From: Sulfolobales archaeon
Lineage (GTDB): Archaea; Thermoproteota; Thermoprotei_A; Sulfolobales; Sulfolobaceae
Length of the DNA: 40,016 nt
Assembly: GCA_037444045.1 (NCBI GenBank)
Contig: JBBINF010000002.1
Location: forward strand, 1-40,016
Direction of reading: 5' to 3'
Shown here: piece after piece, positions 1 to 13,502 of the stretch
Layout: every line of letters starts with the position of its first letter
Position numbering within the stretch: position 1 is the stretch's first letter
The notes under the pieces: generated by a model
Database searches by the model: none
What the model was told of the DNA's origin: nothing
What the model saw: the letters and a program-made list of their open reading frames with translations, nothing else
Made by a program: the position numbers and the translations under genes

Positions 1-56
<56 letters not shown>

Positions 57-238
57 AAAATAAACTTCGAAGTGGGACTAAAAAACTTACTTCACAATAC
101 CTTATTATTAATAGGGCTAAGTTAATGCTCTGACTAAACGTTGTGACACTCCTAAATAATTGAGGATAAGAACCATGTAAGACAATAGCACGCATAACAC
201 AAAGGACAAAAGACACAACTTCAGTTACTTAAAAAGAG

Positions 239-314
<76 letters not shown>

Positions 315-438
315 GTTTTAAAATTATTACAATGGATATTTAAAGTTTACTGAAGAGTACGAACTTCACTACCTTTTAACTTTTGTTAATAGCCTCTTGA
401 CGGTCCTCTAAGTCCTATACTTTCAGAAAAGGCTGAGG

Positions 439-535
439 CGCCGGGGGCGGGATTTGAACCCGCGCAGGGTGAACCCCCACTGGCTGACCAGCCTTGTCTC
501 CAGGCCAGCCCCTTGGTCCGCTCGGGCACCCCGGC
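439..535 (-). tRNA. tRNA-Ser(GGA) with 12-nt intron at 37/38 (486..497)
   Basis: GCCGGGG/CCCCGGC acceptor stem, CTGGC-CT-GGA-G[ACAAGGCTGGTC]A-GCCAG anticodon arm, long variable arm, GGTTCAAATCC. Confidence 0.93.
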
Positions 536-560
536 ACTATAATAAAACTGCCACGAACCT

Positions 561-869
561 TTATATAAGTTCTATCTCGATGTAAACGTCTTCTGGGACT
601 CTAACTCTCATAAGTTGCCTCATTACCCTTTCGTCAGCTGCTATATCGATGACCCTCTTATGGATAGACATCTCCCACTTCTCCCACTTCTTCTTTCCCT
701 CGCCGTGCGGCAACTTCATGACTGGCACCTCCATCCTTTTTGTTGGCAGAGGTATTGGTCCCCTCATGCTTATTCCCGTCTTGTCTACGATGGCCTTAAT
801 CTGGTTTACGACGTAGGTAAGGTCGTTAACGTTAGTGCTCCAAAGCCTTATTCGCGCTTTTGTGGGCAT
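561..869 (-). CDS. rps10: 30S ribosomal protein S10 (uS10)
   Basis: [18 protein letters not shown] and [12 protein letters not shown] motifs; follows tuf. Confidence 0.97.
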   Translation of the reverse strand: MPTKARIRLWSTNVNDLTYVVNQIKAIVDKTGISMRGPIPLPTKRMEVPVMKLPHGEGKKKWEKWEMSIHKRVIDIAADERVMRQLMRVRVPEDVYIEIELI

Positions 870-894
870 AAGGATAACACCGTGTAAAAAAGGC

Positions 895-2202
895 TTACTT
901 GATCTCTACTTTGGCTGGCTTTACGTCCGTGATTACTCCAACTCCTACGGTCTTGCCCATATCCCTCATAGCAAACCTTCCTAACGGCGGGAACTCGTTG
1001 TACTTCTCTACGCACAGCGGCTTAATTGGCTTGAACTTTACTATGGCTGTGTCACCTTGCTTTATGAACTGTGGATTCTTCTCGGCTTCCTTGCCAGTCT
1101 TGGGGTCTATCTTAGCCACTATCTCAGACACTCTGCACGCCACGCTGGCGGTGTGGACGTGTAGAACTGGAGTATAGCCAACAGCTATAGCAGTGGGATG
1201 CCATATTACGATTATCCTGGCGGTGAACTCATCAGCAACGGTGGGTGGGTTAGTAGTATGACCAGCGACGTCTCCCCTCTTTATGTCCTTCTTCTCTACA
1301 CCTCTCACGTTAAATCCTATGTTGTCGCCGGGCTCAGCCTTGTCTAGCTTTGTATGGTGAGTCTCAATAGACCTTACCTCTCCTACCTTCCCAGCGGGCA
1401 TAAACACTACCTTGTCTCCGACCTTGAGGACTCCGCTCTCTACTCTTCCCACTGGTACAGTACCTACGCCGGACTTAGAGTAGACCTCCTGGATTGGGAT
1501 CCTCAATGGCTTGTCTACCGGCTTTGGCGGGATCTGTAACATGTCTAAGGCCTCCTCTAAGGTAGGCCCGTTGTACCAAGACATATTGCTGGATCTCTGA
1601 GTTACGTTCTCGCCGGTGATGGAGACGACAGGTATGAACTTCACCTTGCTCATGTCAAAGCCGAAGCTCTTCATGAACTTGCTTACCACGTCTACTATCT
1701 CCTTAAACCTCTTCTCGTCGTACGGTGGCTCAGTAGCGTCCATCTTAGTTACTGCAACTATGATCTGATCGATACCCATTGTCCTTGCCAGGATTATGTG
1801 CTCTCTGGTCTGTCCCTCTGCGCTCATCCCTGCCTCGAACTCACCCTTCTTAGCTGAGACTGCCAGTATTGCGGCGTCGGCCTGGCTCGCACCAGTGATC
1901 ATGTTCTTTACGAAGTCCCTGTGGCCGGGAGCGTCAATAATCGTAAAGAAGTACTTCTTGGTCTCGAACCTCATGAAGGTCAAGTTGATTGTTACGCCTC
2001 TTTCTCTCTCCTCCTTCAGCCTATCTAGCAGGAAAGCGTACTTCTCTGACTCCTTCCCTAGCTTCTTAGCGGCCTCCTCTGCCTCCTTTATCGTCTTCTC
2101 GTCTAAAAATCCTCTTTCCATTAGTAGCCTTCCAACTAATGTGCTCTTACCGTGGTCTACGTGACCAATGACTATTAAGTTAAGGTGTGGCTTCTGAGAC
2201 AT
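895..2202 (-). CDS. tuf: translation elongation factor EF-1 alpha
   Basis: [42 protein letters not shown]. Confidence 0.99.
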   Translation of the reverse strand: MSQKPHLNLIVIGHVDHGKSTLVGRLLMERGFLDEKTIKEAEEAAKKLGKESEKYAFLLDRLKEERERGVTINLTFMRFETKKYFFTIIDAPGHRDFVKNMITGASQADAAILAVSAKKGEFEAGMSAEGQTREHIILARTMGIDQIIVAVTKMDATEPPYDEKRFKEIVDVVSKFMKSFGFDMSKVKFIPVVSITGENVTQRSSNMSWYNGPTLEEALDMLQIPPKPVDKPLRIPIQEVYSKSGVGTVPVGRVESGVLKVGDKVVFMPAGKVGEVRSIETHHTKLDKAEPGDNIGFNVRGVEKKDIKRGDVAGHTTNPPTVADEFTARIIVIWHPTAIAVGYTPVLHVHTASVACRVSEIVAKIDPKTGKEAEKNPQFIKQGDTAIVKFKPIKPLCVEKYNEFPPLGRFAMRDMGKTVGVGVITDVKPAKVEIK

Positions 2203-2262
2203 TTCCCTTACACACTCCTCAACGCATTTTAGTGTGAATAGGATTAATAAAAGTTTAGCTAT

Positions 2263-2844
2263 TTACCTTGAGCTCAAAGCGATCCTTTCTATCTCCTCTT
2301 TCTTCCTCAAGGCATAGCTCTTGGTGTCGCCAGAGGCAGCAGCGATTATCTCCTCAGCCAAAGCTTCATCTATGGGCTTAGGGTTATTAAACGAGGCTGT
2401 CCTGGCCCCCTCCACTATGTGCCTCAACGCTAGGTCTACCCTTCTCTGGGGAGAGACGTCAACAGCGACGTAGTAGACTATACCACCGTACATTATCCTC
2501 GTTACCTCTTCCCTGGGCGCTACGTTCTCTATTGCCCTCACTAAAACCTGGATGGGGTTCTGCCCAGTCCTAGCGTTGATTACCTCAAAGGCGGCCTTTA
2601 CTATGTTGTAGGCCAGCATCTTTTTCCCCTTGTTTTTACCTGGCCTCATCATCTCGTTAATTAGCCTCTCTACTATGTTCAGCCTTGACTTGCCGAACCT
2701 CCTGTGCTCGTGCCTGCCACCAGAGTGCGGCAGGTAGACCGGCATTAGTGAGATGTATTTCTTGAGGCTTGGGTCCCTAACTTCAACCTTAGTGTCCCAC
2801 TTGCCGAATATCTTTATATCTAGGTTGCTTAGTTCGTTCTCCAT
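2263..2844 (-). CDS. rps7: 30S ribosomal protein S7 (uS7)
   Basis: [42 protein letters not shown]. Confidence 0.98.
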   Translation of the reverse strand: MENELSNLDIKIFGKWDTKVEVRDPSLKKYISLMPVYLPHSGGRHEHRRFGKSRLNIVERLINEMMRPGKNKGKKMLAYNIVKAAFEVINARTGQNPIQVLVRAIENVAPREEVTRIMYGGIVYYVAVDVSPQRRVDLALRHIVEGARTASFNNPKPIDEALAEEIIAAASGDTKSYALRKKEEIERIALSSR

Positions 2845-2927
2845 AACTGTTCTTGACAGTTAATACAAAAGGAGGTTATATATCTATTCATGTTTGTTTA
2901 TTAGTTATTTTTGAGCATAATATCTTA

Positions 2928-3383
2928 ATGTCTGAGCAGAGCGACTACATAAGGGTAAACAACGTAGATGCTTTCTTCTACCCATTAAATGGGGTAACTG
3001 TCATAGTGTGTTACTTAGAGGACGGGAGGGAATTTAACTTATTTTACGTGCCTGCTGACATTGTACTCGCCATAAATAAGGTTAAGAAACAGAGCGAGGA
3101 GAGCGCAAGCCTCGACAAGAGGGAGACCATCTACGATATTATCTCCTTTATCCCTGAAGTGTCTGAGGAGTTGTCCAAACACATCAACAAGGTCGTCATA
3201 GACGACATGATAGACACGGTTTACGTAGCTACAGTTGAGCTAAAGTTCGACGGCGTGATAATCCAGAAAAGGATGATACCAAGCCACGCTATATACCTCG
3301 CCTTGATCACAAATAAACCAATATTTGTAAAGAGAAAACTGGTTGAAGAACAGGAAAGAGACAGGGAACAAGAGAGGAAATAG
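2928..3383 (+). CDS. bifunctional nuclease (DUF151/BFN) family protein, divergent
   Basis: Pattern RETIYDII...VVIDD...YVATVEL...PSHAIYLALITNKPIFV matches the DUF151 layout; ATG 2928 preferred over the track's TTG 2853. Confidence 0.7.
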   Translation: MSEQSDYIRVNNVDAFFYPLNGVTVIVCYLEDGREFNLFYVPADIVLAINKVKKQSEESASLDKRETIYDIISFIPEVSEELSKHINKVVIDDMIDTVYVATVELKFDGVIIQKRMIPSHAIYLALITNKPIFVKRKLVEEQERDREQERK

Positions 3384-3394
3384 CCTTAACTAGC

Positions 3395-3835
3395 CTATCT
3401 AACTGGCTTAGTCTTCTTACCCTTGTACAGCGCGTCCAGGGACACGCCGTTTACCATTATCACCTTATACCTGACCCCTGGCAGATCGCCCATTGACCTT
3501 CCTAGAGTACCTCCTATTCCTGCTATCACTACTTCATCGTGCTCGTCCACGAAGTTTACTCCGCCGTCACCAGGGACGAAGGCTGTAACTACCCTACCGT
3601 TTTTAACTAGCTGAACCCTCACGCACTTCCTCACTGCAGAGTTTGGCTGCCTCGACTCTATACCAACCTTTTCAAGGACTATTCCCCTAGCCATTGGAGC
3701 ACCTTCTAGTGGGTCGAACTTCTTCTTTAGCTGCAACATCCTAGTCTTGAAGGACCTCTGGCTCCACCTAAACTTTAACCTCTTGAGCCTTAACTTCCTA
3801 GCTGCGAACAAACCTTTTGGAGACTTACCCGGCAA
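3395..3835 (-). CDS. rps12: 30S ribosomal protein S12 (uS12)
   Basis: [24 protein letters not shown]. Confidence 0.98.
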   Translation of the reverse strand: MPGKSPKGLFAARKLRLKRLKFRWSQRSFKTRMLQLKKKFDPLEGAPMARGIVLEKVGIESRQPNSAVRKCVRVQLVKNGRVVTAFVPGDGGVNFVDEHDEVVIAGIGGTLGRSMGDLPGVRYKVIMVNGVSLDALYKGKKTKPVR

Positions 3836-3845
3836 TTTTGCACCC

Positions 3846-4283
3846 CTAGACTATTACTACTGTGTCTATATCCATGTATCTTTTTAAAATTAATTTAGCC
3901 CTAGCTACATTTTTACCTCCTTTGCCTATTGCTAGACCCTTGTCTTGAGGGTCTACAGTTATGTAGATGGCCTTCTTCGAGTCGCTTTCCACCACCTTAA
4001 CGCTCCTAACCCTTGCAGGTGCCATTAAGTTCTTCACTAGCTCCTCTAAGTTCTCGCTGTAAGCGACTATCTCGATGTCCTTACCAATTATCTTCCTCAA
4101 TTTCTTTACGTTAGCCCCGTTCTTGCCTATCGCGATTCCCATAAACATAGGGTCTACTAGGAAGATAATCCTGTTGTTCTCGTTGTCTATTATGCAGTCC
4201 CTTACGGTTACCTTCGTCACGTCTTGGAATAAAGACATGTAATTCATTTCTTCTTGCGTAAGCTTAATTTCCGGCAAAAACAC
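3846..4283 (-). CDS. nusA: archaeal NusA (tandem KH domain) transcription factor
   Basis: Two AIGKxGxNV KH loops; lies between rpl30e and rps12; the start may be TTG at 4277. Confidence 0.95.
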   Translation of the reverse strand: MFLPEIKLTQEEMNYMSLFQDVTKVTVRDCIIDNENNRIIFLVDPMFMGIAIGKNGANVKKLRKIIGKDIEIVAYSENLEELVKNLMAPARVRSVKVVESDSKKAIYITVDPQDKGLAIGKGGKNVARAKLILKRYMDIDTVVIV

Positions 4284-4293
4284 AACACCTCTT

Positions 4294-4617
4294 TCATCGG
4301 GACTGCTGTTGAGTCAGTAGTTCAAGTATCCTTGAGCTACCAGGGTCTTCCACTCCAATTGCCGAAATCATAAAGGGCTTTCCAACTAATGTTCCAAGAT
4401 CCCAGCCGCTTCCCGGGTACTTATAGAACGGTACCCCAGATACCTTGCAGTAATGTATTATGTCATCCATTATGTCGCTCTTTAGCGTAGACGCTATTAT
4501 CACTGCCTTTAGTTTGCCAAGTTTTAGTTTTTTAAGCGTCCTCCTGCTTCCAATTACTACCTTACCTGTTTTTAAAAGATTTTTTATCTCGGATTCTACC
4601 GTTATATTTTGGGACAT
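4294..4617 (-). CDS. rpl30e: 50S ribosomal protein L30e
   Basis: [30 protein letters not shown]. Confidence 0.96.
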   Translation of the reverse strand: MSQNITVESEIKNLLKTGKVVIGSRRTLKKLKLGKLKAVIIASTLKSDIMDDIIHYCKVSGVPFYKYPGSGWDLGTLVGKPFMISAIGVEDPGSSRILELLTQQQSR

Positions 4618-4621
4618 TCGA

Positions 4622-5806
<1,185 letters not shown>

Positions 5807-8449
5807 TCACCTCCTCCAACCTACAACTCTCTCTATTATCCTGTCTACGTCTACAGTCTTACCATGTGCGCTATACATTGGGTGCACTCCATCTCCACCA
5901 TATAACGTTTGTATTACTTCACCGTATAAAGTTCTTACTGAGCCGTCGTATTCTACCCTTAGATCAGCTAGAGCGTTAATGAGCCTCCTCTGCATGTAAC
6001 CGCTTTGCGATGTCCTGACTGCTGTGTCAACTAAGCCTTCCCTACCAGCTGCGGCGTGGAAGAACGTCTCTATTGGATTAAGACCTCTCCTGAACGAGGA
6101 ATACACGAAGCCTCTGGCCTCCGGGGAAATGTCGCCGGGCTTAAAGTGAGGTAACGTCCTGTTGGAATACCCCCTATAGATCCTTTCTCCCCTAACTGAC
6201 TGTTGTCCTAACATTGCGGCCATCTGCGTAATGTTCAACACGCTCCCCCTAGCCCCAGTTCTGGCCATTATATAGGCATTGTTGAAGGGGTCAAGATACG
6301 TAGTGGCTATCTCTCCTGAAGTATTCCTGAGCTTGTCTAGCGCGTCCAAGATGTAGTTCTCTAAGCTCTCCTCTAGGTTTCTACCGGGTAAGGGCTCTAG
6401 TTCCCTTCTGTTGTACTTCTCTATGAGTCCTTGTACCTCCTTGTTTGCCTCTCTAGCCTTCTCAGCTATCTTCTCGATTGCCTCCTTAGGTATGGTGACG
6501 TCGTCTAGTGTCATTGTCAGACCGTGGAGTTCGATATACCTTATAAAGGCCTTGAACATGTTGTCCATCAGCCAGAGTACGTACTCTTCGCCGTATTCCC
6601 TCACTAGCCAGTGTAAGATACTTTCGGGCTGTTGGTTTCCTATTGCCTTTTTATCGAAAACGCCCTCTAAGAGCTTGCCCTTCTTTATTACTACATAGGA
6701 ATCATGAGGGCAGTCTTCATCCTTGCACGTCCTAGCTCCGCTAGATATGTTTGCTTGCCCATGGAAGTTGAAGTCGTCTGGGATAAACAGGCTAACAATT
6801 TGCTTCCCAGTGTAAAGCCTCTTTGGCGCCAAGATTGCAGGTTCGCCTAGCTCTTTTTGAAGGTCAACTACTCCAAGGATTATCTGTACTTCCTCCTCTG
6901 TTAGGACGGTAGACTTAACAGTCAACAGATAAGCACCGCTTATGTAGTCTTGAGCTGAACCAATAATGGGGCCTCCGTATCTGGGGGTCAAAATATTGCG
7001 GTGGACTATCATTATTTCTCTGGCCTCCGATATGGCTTCCTCGGACTGCGGGACGTGTAGGTTCATCTCGTCTCCATCAAAGTCTGCGTTATAGGGTGGA
7101 CAAACTAGGAGGTTAAGCCTAAATGTCCTACCGGGCAATACCCTTACTTTATGCCCCATCATGGAGATCCTGTGTAAAGAGGGTTGTCTGTTGAATATAG
7201 CTATGTCCCCGTCCATGAGATGCCTCTCCACTACAAACCCTGGAGCCAGAGTCGACGCAAATTCCTTCCTGTCCTTCACATAACGTAGATCTATCCTCCT
7301 TCCATCGTTTCTTATGACGTAATTAGCGCCAGGCCACTTCTCCGGGCCGTTTATGACTAGTTCCCTCAGCTTATCTACGTTCCATTTTGTTACCTTCTCC
7401 GGAACCGTCAGGATCTTGGCTATGTCCACTGGGACGCCAACCTCGTCTATGCTTATATTGGGATCTGGAGATATCACGGTCCTAGAGGAGAAGTCCACTC
7501 TTTTTCCAGATAAGTTCCCCCTGAACCTTCCCTCTTTCCCCTTTAATCTCTGGGCGAGAGTGCGCAATGGTCTTCCAGACCTATGCTTGGAAGTGGGCAA
7601 CCCAGGTATCTCGTTGTCGAAGTAAGTTGCCACGTGATACTGCAACAAGTCCCACAAGTCCTCTACGATTAGCTGGGGCGCTCCTGCATCTATGCTCTCC
7701 CTTAACCTCTCGTTTATCCTTACGATATCTACTAGCTTGTGGGTCAGGTCGTCCTCAGCTCTTATTCCGCTCTCTATCATAATAGAAGGCCTAATGGTGA
7801 TTGGCGGTACGGGCAGAACAGTGAGTACCATCCACTCTGGCCTGCTGTGCTCCTTATCATAGCCCAGCAGTTCTATGTCCTGGTCAGGGATCTTCTCTAA
7901 TCTGTCCCTTATGTCTGAGGGAGTAAGCCTAGTAACTCCGTCCTTTCTCTCTTCGTAAAAGTTATACGGTTTCTCAAGCTTTATCTTGAACTGCTTCTCT
8001 CCACAATGAGGACAAACGTCGTTCTTCATTGAAGTCCTCTTTACATACTCTATGACTCTCTTAGCGGCTGAGGGCCATCTGTTCTTTATAGCGTTGTAAA
8101 TCTTGTAGTACCTCTCTAGCTCCTCCTCGCTGAGCTTTATCCTTCCACACCGTCTACATGTAGACCTGAGGAGGTCGTACACGTGCTTTACGTAGCCAAC
8201 GTGTAGAACTGGCCTAACTAGCTCTATATGGCCAAAGTGACCTGGACAGCTGCCTAACACGTTACCACACGTAGGACACCTCTGCCCAGGCTCAATCACT
8301 CCAAGCCTAGGATCCATTACGCTTCCTTCTATAGGGGTTCCGTCCTCGTCGTATACGTCTGGGGTAATTATTGCAGTTACCGACATTCTCCTTATCTCGT
8401 CAGGGGACAGAATGCCGAACTTTATGCCCTTTATTACCTTTTCACTCAT
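5807..8449 (-). CDS. rpoA1: DNA-directed RNA polymerase subunit A' (Rpo1N)
   Basis: Catalytic [18 protein letters not shown] zinc site, [12 protein letters not shown]; ATG at 8449 follows a GGTGA SD. Confidence 0.99.
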   Translation of the reverse strand: MSEKVIKGIKFGILSPDEIRRMSVTAIITPDVYDEDGTPIEGSVMDPRLGVIEPGQRCPTCGNVLGSCPGHFGHIELVRPVLHVGYVKHVYDLLRSTCRRCGRIKLSEEELERYYKIYNAIKNRWPSAAKRVIEYVKRTSMKNDVCPHCGEKQFKIKLEKPYNFYEERKDGVTRLTPSDIRDRLEKIPDQDIELLGYDKEHSRPEWMVLTVLPVPPITIRPSIMIESGIRAEDDLTHKLVDIVRINERLRESIDAGAPQLIVEDLWDLLQYHVATYFDNEIPGLPTSKHRSGRPLRTLAQRLKGKEGRFRGNLSGKRVDFSSRTVISPDPNISIDEVGVPVDIAKILTVPEKVTKWNVDKLRELVINGPEKWPGANYVIRNDGRRIDLRYVKDRKEFASTLAPGFVVERHLMDGDIAIFNRQPSLHRISMMGHKVRVLPGRTFRLNLLVCPPYNADFDGDEMNLHVPQSEEAISEAREIMIVHRNILTPRYGGPIIGSAQDYISGAYLLTVKSTVLTEEEVQIILGVVDLQKELGEPAILAPKRLYTGKQIVSLFIPDDFNFHGQANISSGARTCKDEDCPHDSYVVIKKGKLLEGVFDKKAIGNQQPESILHWLVREYGEEYVLWLMDNMFKAFIRYIELHGLTMTLDDVTIPKEAIEKIAEKAREANKEVQGLIEKYNRRELEPLPGRNLEESLENYILDALDKLRNTSGEIATTYLDPFNNAYIMARTGARGSVLNITQMAAMLGQQSVRGERIYRGYSNRTLPHFKPGDISPEARGFVYSSFRRGLNPIETFFHAAAGREGLVDTAVRTSQSGYMQRRLINALADLRVEYDGSVRTLYGEVIQTLYGGDGVHPMYSAHGKTVDVDRIIERVVGWRR

Positions 8450-11400
8450 TGTGGTCACCTTTTACACTTACCTTATCTCCCAGAATTAACCTGGGAGAAA
8501 TAACCATGCTCATAAGTTCTTGAATTAGGAGCTTAAACGCGTATGACACCGTAACGGGGTATAAGTTGCTCTTGTCACCGTGGATTGGACAGACTAACTT
8601 GCCCTTATTCCTGTCGTAGTACCCAATGTAACCGCACTGCTCGCACACATATACCGTAGTCTTGTCAGAGTTATCCAATAGTCTGTCCTTTAACACCATT
8701 GCAACGCCGTAACCTATTAGGCAGTCCCTTTCCATTTCCCCAAACCTTAGGCCTCCTTCCCTAGCCCTTCCCTCTGTGGGCTGTCTAGTGAGTATCTGCA
8801 CTGGACCCCTCCCCCTTCCGTGCATCTTGTCCGCTACCATATGGTGGAGCTTCTGGTAATACACTACCCCGAAGTTTATCCTGCTCCTTAACTTCTGACC
8901 TGTCCTCCCGTCGTAGACCACCTCTGTGCCGTCCTTGAGATATCCGAACTTGAAAAGTTCTTCCTGGAGCTCCTCTATGGGCACATTATAGAACGGGGTA
9001 CCGTCTACAACGTGTCCCGAAAGCGCAGCGTACTTGCCTGCAAGAGCCTCCATGATTTGCCCTAAGGTCATCCTAGAGGGAAGGGAGTGCGGGTTGAGTA
9101 TTATATCTGGGACTATCCCCTTCACAGTGTACGGCATGTCAGCTTGGGACAGCAACATCCCTATCACTCCTTTCTGCCCATGCCTAGTGGCGAACTTGTC
9201 TCCGAGCTCAGGTATCCTAGGATCCCTTACTCTAACCTTGACTAGCTTGTTCCCCTCTGAGGTCTCCGTCACGAGTACTAGGTCTACAATCCCCTTTTCG
9301 CCGTGTCTGGCCACTATAGACGTATCCCTCTTAGACTGCTCTGGGGACAACTCCTTAAACTCCTGTAAGAACCTCGGAGGGCTTACCTTGCCTATAAGCA
9401 CGTCTCCCCCTTTCACGTCGACCTCTGGAGGCACTATCCCGTTGTCGTCAAGGAGGGCGTAGTACTCCTTCCCCTTATACCCTTTTAACCCCTCCTCTGG
9501 TTTCTCGATCTTGTCCTCTTGCCCGCCAGGGTACTTAATCTCCTCTGCGGAGTAAAGCCTAAAGAACGTGGATCTGAACATCCCCCTTTCTACTGACGAC
9601 TTATTCATAATTATTGCGTCCTCCATGTTGTATCCGGTGAAAGACATTATGGCCAAGATAGCGTTAGTGCCCGAGGGCCTTTCTGTATAGCCTATTGCCT
9701 CCAAGGCCCTAGTCTGGACTATTGGCTTCTGGGGATAGTGGAGTAGGTGGGCTCTGCTATCCGTCCTTAGCTGGTAGTTAGCTGCGTAGAGTCCCAGAGC
9801 TTGCTTTGCCATTGCAGACTGGTAAGTGTTCCTAGGGGACTGGTTGTGCTCTGGGTAGGGTATTATTGAGGCAGTTATTCCCAGTATTGCAGGTGTCCAG
9901 ATCTCTAGGTGGGTATGGGAAGGAGTTAATTGGTCAGGCTCTAACGCTATGTAGGCGTTTTCCTCCTCTTCTGCGTCAAGGAACTCTATCTTTCCTTCCT
10001 TTACTAAGTCGTTAAAGCTGAGTTCTCCGCTCTTGAGTTTAGCTATGTCCTCTTCTGTAACTAGGGACTTGCCGTCCTTAACTACTATTAGTGGCCTTCT
10101 CACTCTACCGCTATCACAGTTAACGTAAACTTCGTTGTAATACTCGGTTGATATAAACGCTACGTTTACCTCATCACTTATCTCGCCATTCCTCCTCTTC
10201 TCCCTTACCTTGTTAGCGAGCTCATTGCCATCAGGGTAATACCCAATTAGCCTTCCATTTAGGATAACCTTACTCCACTGCAGGTACTGCGAGGGATCCT
10301 CACCCTCGCTAGCCCTATTTAATATGTCCTCTATGGGGACTACGCCCATCTCGTACAAGCTCTTTTCTACAATTTTCTCGTTTATGCCTACTGATATCTG
10401 GGCCAGCAGAGCTAGGTTCTTAACGAGACCGCTATTTGGTCCCTCTGGAGTCTCAAAGGGACACATCCTTCCCCATTGCGTTCCGTGGAGGTCCCTAGCT
10501 TCGAAGTTGGGCTGCCCTCTGGCTAGCGAGGAGATTACCCTCCTGAGGTGGCTTAACATGGAGAGCCAGTTTGTCCTGTCCAAGAGTTGGCTTACACCAG
10601 TCCTACCTCCAACCCAGTTACCAGTGGCCAGAGCGTGCCTTATCCTCTCAGTTATGATGTCTGGCCTCACGAGGGCGTTAAGGGCTAACCTTCTTCCCCT
10701 TACCTTGGACTTTTCGAGCTGGTAAACCAAGTCCTTAACGAACGCCTTAAAGGACACCCTGAAGAGGCTTGCGAAGAGATCTCCAGCTAACTTCAACCTC
10801 TTGTTGGCGTAATGGTCTTTGTCGTCAGGGTTCCTCCTACCTAGGTAGAGCTCAAGTAATTTGGATACCGCAAAACCTATGTAATACGCCTTCCTTATTC
10901 TATCGGACGGCGAGGTGCCTATATGGGGCAAGAAGTACTTATCCAGCACTTGTTCCGCCTTCTGGATCCTCATCTCCCTCTTCTGCCCTATTGCTATCCT
11001 ACTTCCTATGAAGTCCAAAGCGTCCTCTTTAGTGGTTATCGAACTGGCCTGCTCAATTGAGGGCATCAGCTCATTCTGAATCTCCGTGTCAAAGCTGACC
11101 GAATATACTATGTCCCTGTCCGTTAGTACTCCGAGGGCCCTCATTAATATGGCGAAGGGTATCCTCCCTGGCACTGAGGGGAAGCTGACGTGAATTGTGG
11201 AATCCCTAAGCCTTTCTATCGTTATGGGGACTCTGTATCCAGAGGTACTAGATATTATCTTGGCTATGTGGGTAACGTTAGATCCTGACTTCCCGGTGTC
11301 TACTAGCACTCTGTTTGTAGCTAGGTCCTCCTGAGTTACGATAACCCTCTCGCTACCGTTAACTATGAAATAACCCCCAGGGTCCTTAGGGTCTTCGCCT

Positions 11401-11813
11401 ATCTCAATGAGCTTCTCTGCCGGTAAATTTGACGTAGGGTCTGCCACGGACTTCAACATTATTGGCAGGTCTCCTATGTAGACCTCAATCGGTTCCCCTT
11501 CAATGTTGTTCTCTACTGGTATCATGGTTAAGTAGATTGGGGCGGCGTAAGTCAAGTTCCTCAATCTAGCCTCCATTGGCGTTATTTCCCTGTCTCCTCT
11601 GTCTGACTCCCTAACCCTAGGCCTCCCTATTCTAATTTTGCCCAGCTTTATCTTAAGCCCCGGTATCTCTGTCTCAATTTCGCCCTGTTCGTCTATTATC
11701 TCCTGTAATTTGTTCTTTATGAAGTCATTAAAGGAGTCCAAGTGCTGCCTAACTAAGCCCCTAGACTTAAAGAACGCCTCTACTATGCTCCACCTATCTT
11801 CAATTGAGAGCAT
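8442..11813 (-). CDS. rpoB: DNA-directed RNA polymerase subunit B (Rpo2, unsplit)
   Basis: [32 protein letters not shown]-terminal CxxC...CxxH. Confidence 0.99.
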   Translation of the reverse strand: MLSIEDRWSIVEAFFKSRGLVRQHLDSFNDFIKNKLQEIIDEQGEIETEIPGLKIKLGKIRIGRPRVRESDRGDREITPMEARLRNLTYAAPIYLTMIPVENNIEGEPIEVYIGDLPIMLKSVADPTSNLPAEKLIEIGEDPKDPGGYFIVNGSERVIVTQEDLATNRVLVDTGKSGSNVTHIAKIISSTSGYRVPITIERLRDSTIHVSFPSVPGRIPFAILMRALGVLTDRDIVYSVSFDTEIQNELMPSIEQASSITTKEDALDFIGSRIAIGQKREMRIQKAEQVLDKYFLPHIGTSPSDRIRKAYYIGFAVSKLLELYLGRRNPDDKDHYANKRLKLAGDLFASLFRVSFKAFVKDLVYQLEKSKVRGRRLALNALVRPDIITERIRHALATGNWVGGRTGVSQLLDRTNWLSMLSHLRRVISSLARGQPNFEARDLHGTQWGRMCPFETPEGPNSGLVKNLALLAQISVGINEKIVEKSLYEMGVVPIEDILNRASEGEDPSQYLQWSKVILNGRLIGYYPDGNELANKVREKRRNGEISDEVNVAFISTEYYNEVYVNCDSGRVRRPLIVVKDGKSLVTEEDIAKLKSGELSFNDLVKEGKIEFLDAEEEENAYIALEPDQLTPSHTHLEIWTPAILGITASIIPYPEHNQSPRNTYQSAMAKQALGLYAANYQLRTDSRAHLLHYPQKPIVQTRALEAIGYTERPSGTNAILAIMSFTGYNMEDAIIMNKSSVERGMFRSTFFRLYSAEEIKYPGGQEDKIEKPEEGLKGYKGKEYYALLDDNGIVPPEVDVKGGDVLIGKVSPPRFLQEFKELSPEQSKRDTSIVARHGEKGIVDLVLVTETSEGNKLVKVRVRDPRIPELGDKFATRHGQKGVIGMLLSQADMPYTVKGIVPDIILNPHSLPSRMTLGQIMEALAGKYAALSGHVVDGTPFYNVPIEELQEELFKFGYLKDGTEVVYDGRTGQKLRSRINFGVVYYQKLHHMVADKMHGRGRGPVQILTRQPTEGRAREGGLRFGEMERDCLIGYGVAMVLKDRLLDNSDKTTVYVCEQCGYIGYYDRNKGKLVCPIHGDKSNLYPVTVSYAFKLLIQELMSMVISPRLILGDKVSVKGDHNE

Positions 11814-11819
11814 ATGAGT

Positions 11820-12071
11820 TCACCCACTTATTACATATCTATAAGTAACTATTTCCCCTCCAGTCCTTGACTTTCTTGTGATCTTCACTATGTCGCCCGG
11901 CTTTGCGCCAATAGCCCTTGCAACAGGATCCGTTGCCTTTAGCCACGGTAATTGCTCTGGACCTATACCGAGCTGCTTCAGCACCCTATAAGCTTCCTCC
12001 ACTGAAAGAACCTCGTGCTTAGGGACAAGATCGTGTATTGTTGGATCTAATTTCTTAGAAGCTGAACGCAT
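11820..12071 (-). CDS. rpoH: DNA-directed RNA polymerase subunit H (Rpo5)
   Basis: [34 protein letters not shown]; ATG 12071 preferred. Confidence 0.97.
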   Translation of the reverse strand: MRSASKKLDPTIHDLVPKHEVLSVEEAYRVLKQLGIGPEQLPWLKATDPVARAIGAKPGDIVKITRKSRTGGEIVTYRYVISG

Positions 12072-12129
12072 ACAACACACCTAGAGTAATATCGTGATAA
12101 AAAGCCTATCTATCTGGGAATATAAAAAT

Positions 12130-13410
12130 TTAAGCTAACGTTTTCATCTGAGCACGAGCTTTCTCTATCATATTTTTAGCATTGACTAAAAGTTCTTCGT
12201 AACTCATTTTAATCCTAGCAATACCTTGCTGAATTGCTTTAGTCCCAACTGCTGCTGCAACTCTGGGGAAAACTTCCCACTCTGTCATCTTTGGTATTAT
12301 GTAATTCTCGTTAAGGCCCTTCTCCCTAGCAAAGGCAACTAGTTCCCTGGCTGCCTCTATTACCATCTCGTCAGTGATGGTCTTAGCCCTCACGTCCAGA
12401 GCCCCCCTGAAGACTGCTGGGAATATCAAGGAGTTGTTTATCTGGTTGGGTAGATCGCTTCTCCCCGTTCCAACAATCCTCGCACCTGCCTTCTTGGCCT
12501 CGTCTGGCCATATCTCTGGCACGGGGTTAGCCAACGCGAAGACTATAGCGTCCTTGTTCATTTTCGCAATCAAGTCCTTACTTATTGTCCCTGGACCGGG
12601 CTTAGAGGCGGCAATCAATACGTCTGCCCCCTCAAATGCCTTGTCTACTGAAGTTATATTGTCCTTATTTGTTTGCTTAAGCAACTCGTACTTCCAGACG
12701 TTCTCCTCTTTCATTTGCTCCTCGTCGTCCCTTCCCCTGAACAGAACCCCCTTAGAGTCAATCAGTATCATATTCCCGTACGGAATTCCGTACTTGTAGA
12801 GGAGCCTTGCCGTAGCTATGTTAGCTGCCCCTGTACCATAGAGGATTACCTTGATGTCGCTGGGCTTCTTTCCTACCACCTCAAGTGCGCCTATTAGACC
12901 TGCAAGAGTAGCGCCAGCAGTCCCCTGCTGGTCGTCGTGCCAAACGGGGATCTGGAGCTCTTCCCTTAGCTTGTCCAGTATGTAGAAGCACTTTGGCGAT
13001 TCTATGTCCTCAAGGTTTATTCCCCCAAATGCTGGTTCCAGGATCTTTACAGTCTCTATGATCTTATCGGCGTCTGTGGTATTCAAAGTAAGTGGTACCG
13101 CGTCAACCCCTCCAAGGTACTTGAAAAGAAGAGACTTTCCCTCCATTACGGGCATTGCAGCCTCTGGTCCCACGTTCCCTAATCCAAGAACCCTAGTCCC
13201 GTCAGTCACAATCCCTATGACGTTCCACCGATACGTGTATTGGAAGGACAAGCTCTTGTCTTTATGGATAGCCCTAGATACAGCGGCCACTCCGGGAGTG
13301 TACAGAACGGAGAAATCGTCCAAAGAGTTTACCGGAACCTTTGGTATAATCTGGATCTTGCCTTTATATTTTGACGCGACCTCTATTGCCATCTTGTCGT
13401 AATCTACCAC
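12130..13410 (-). CDS. NAD(P)-dependent malic enzyme
   Basis: [57 protein letters not shown]; start uncertain (GTG 13410, ATG 13392 or TTG 13461). Confidence 0.95.
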   Translation of the reverse strand: MVDYDKMAIEVASKYKGKIQIIPKVPVNSLDDFSVLYTPGVAAVSRAIHKDKSLSFQYTYRWNVIGIVTDGTRVLGLGNVGPEAAMPVMEGKSLLFKYLGGVDAVPLTLNTTDADKIIETVKILEPAFGGINLEDIESPKCFYILDKLREELQIPVWHDDQQGTAGATLAGLIGALEVVGKKPSDIKVILYGTGAANIATARLLYKYGIPYGNMILIDSKGVLFRGRDDEEQMKEENVWKYELLKQTNKDNITSVDKAFEGADVLIAASKPGPGTISKDLIAKMNKDAIVFALANPVPEIWPDEAKKAGARIVGTGRSDLPNQINNSLIFPAVFRGALDVRAKTITDEMVIEAARELVAFAREKGLNENYIIPKMTEWEVFPRVAAAVGTKAIQQGIARIKMSYEELLVNAKNMIEKARAQMKTLA

Positions 13411-13502
13411 GAGAATCCCACTATGAGAAGTAACTAGTGGCTTAAAAATAATAACTATCAAATGAAAGAGAATTTGTGATTTAGATTCACAAGGTGGTAT
13501 AC

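Noticed and set aside
2211-2236. 6-bp inverted repeat CACACT/AGTGTG overlapping the tuf SD region
   Set aside because: Too short, with a 14-nt loop, to be stable in a thermophile; no other support
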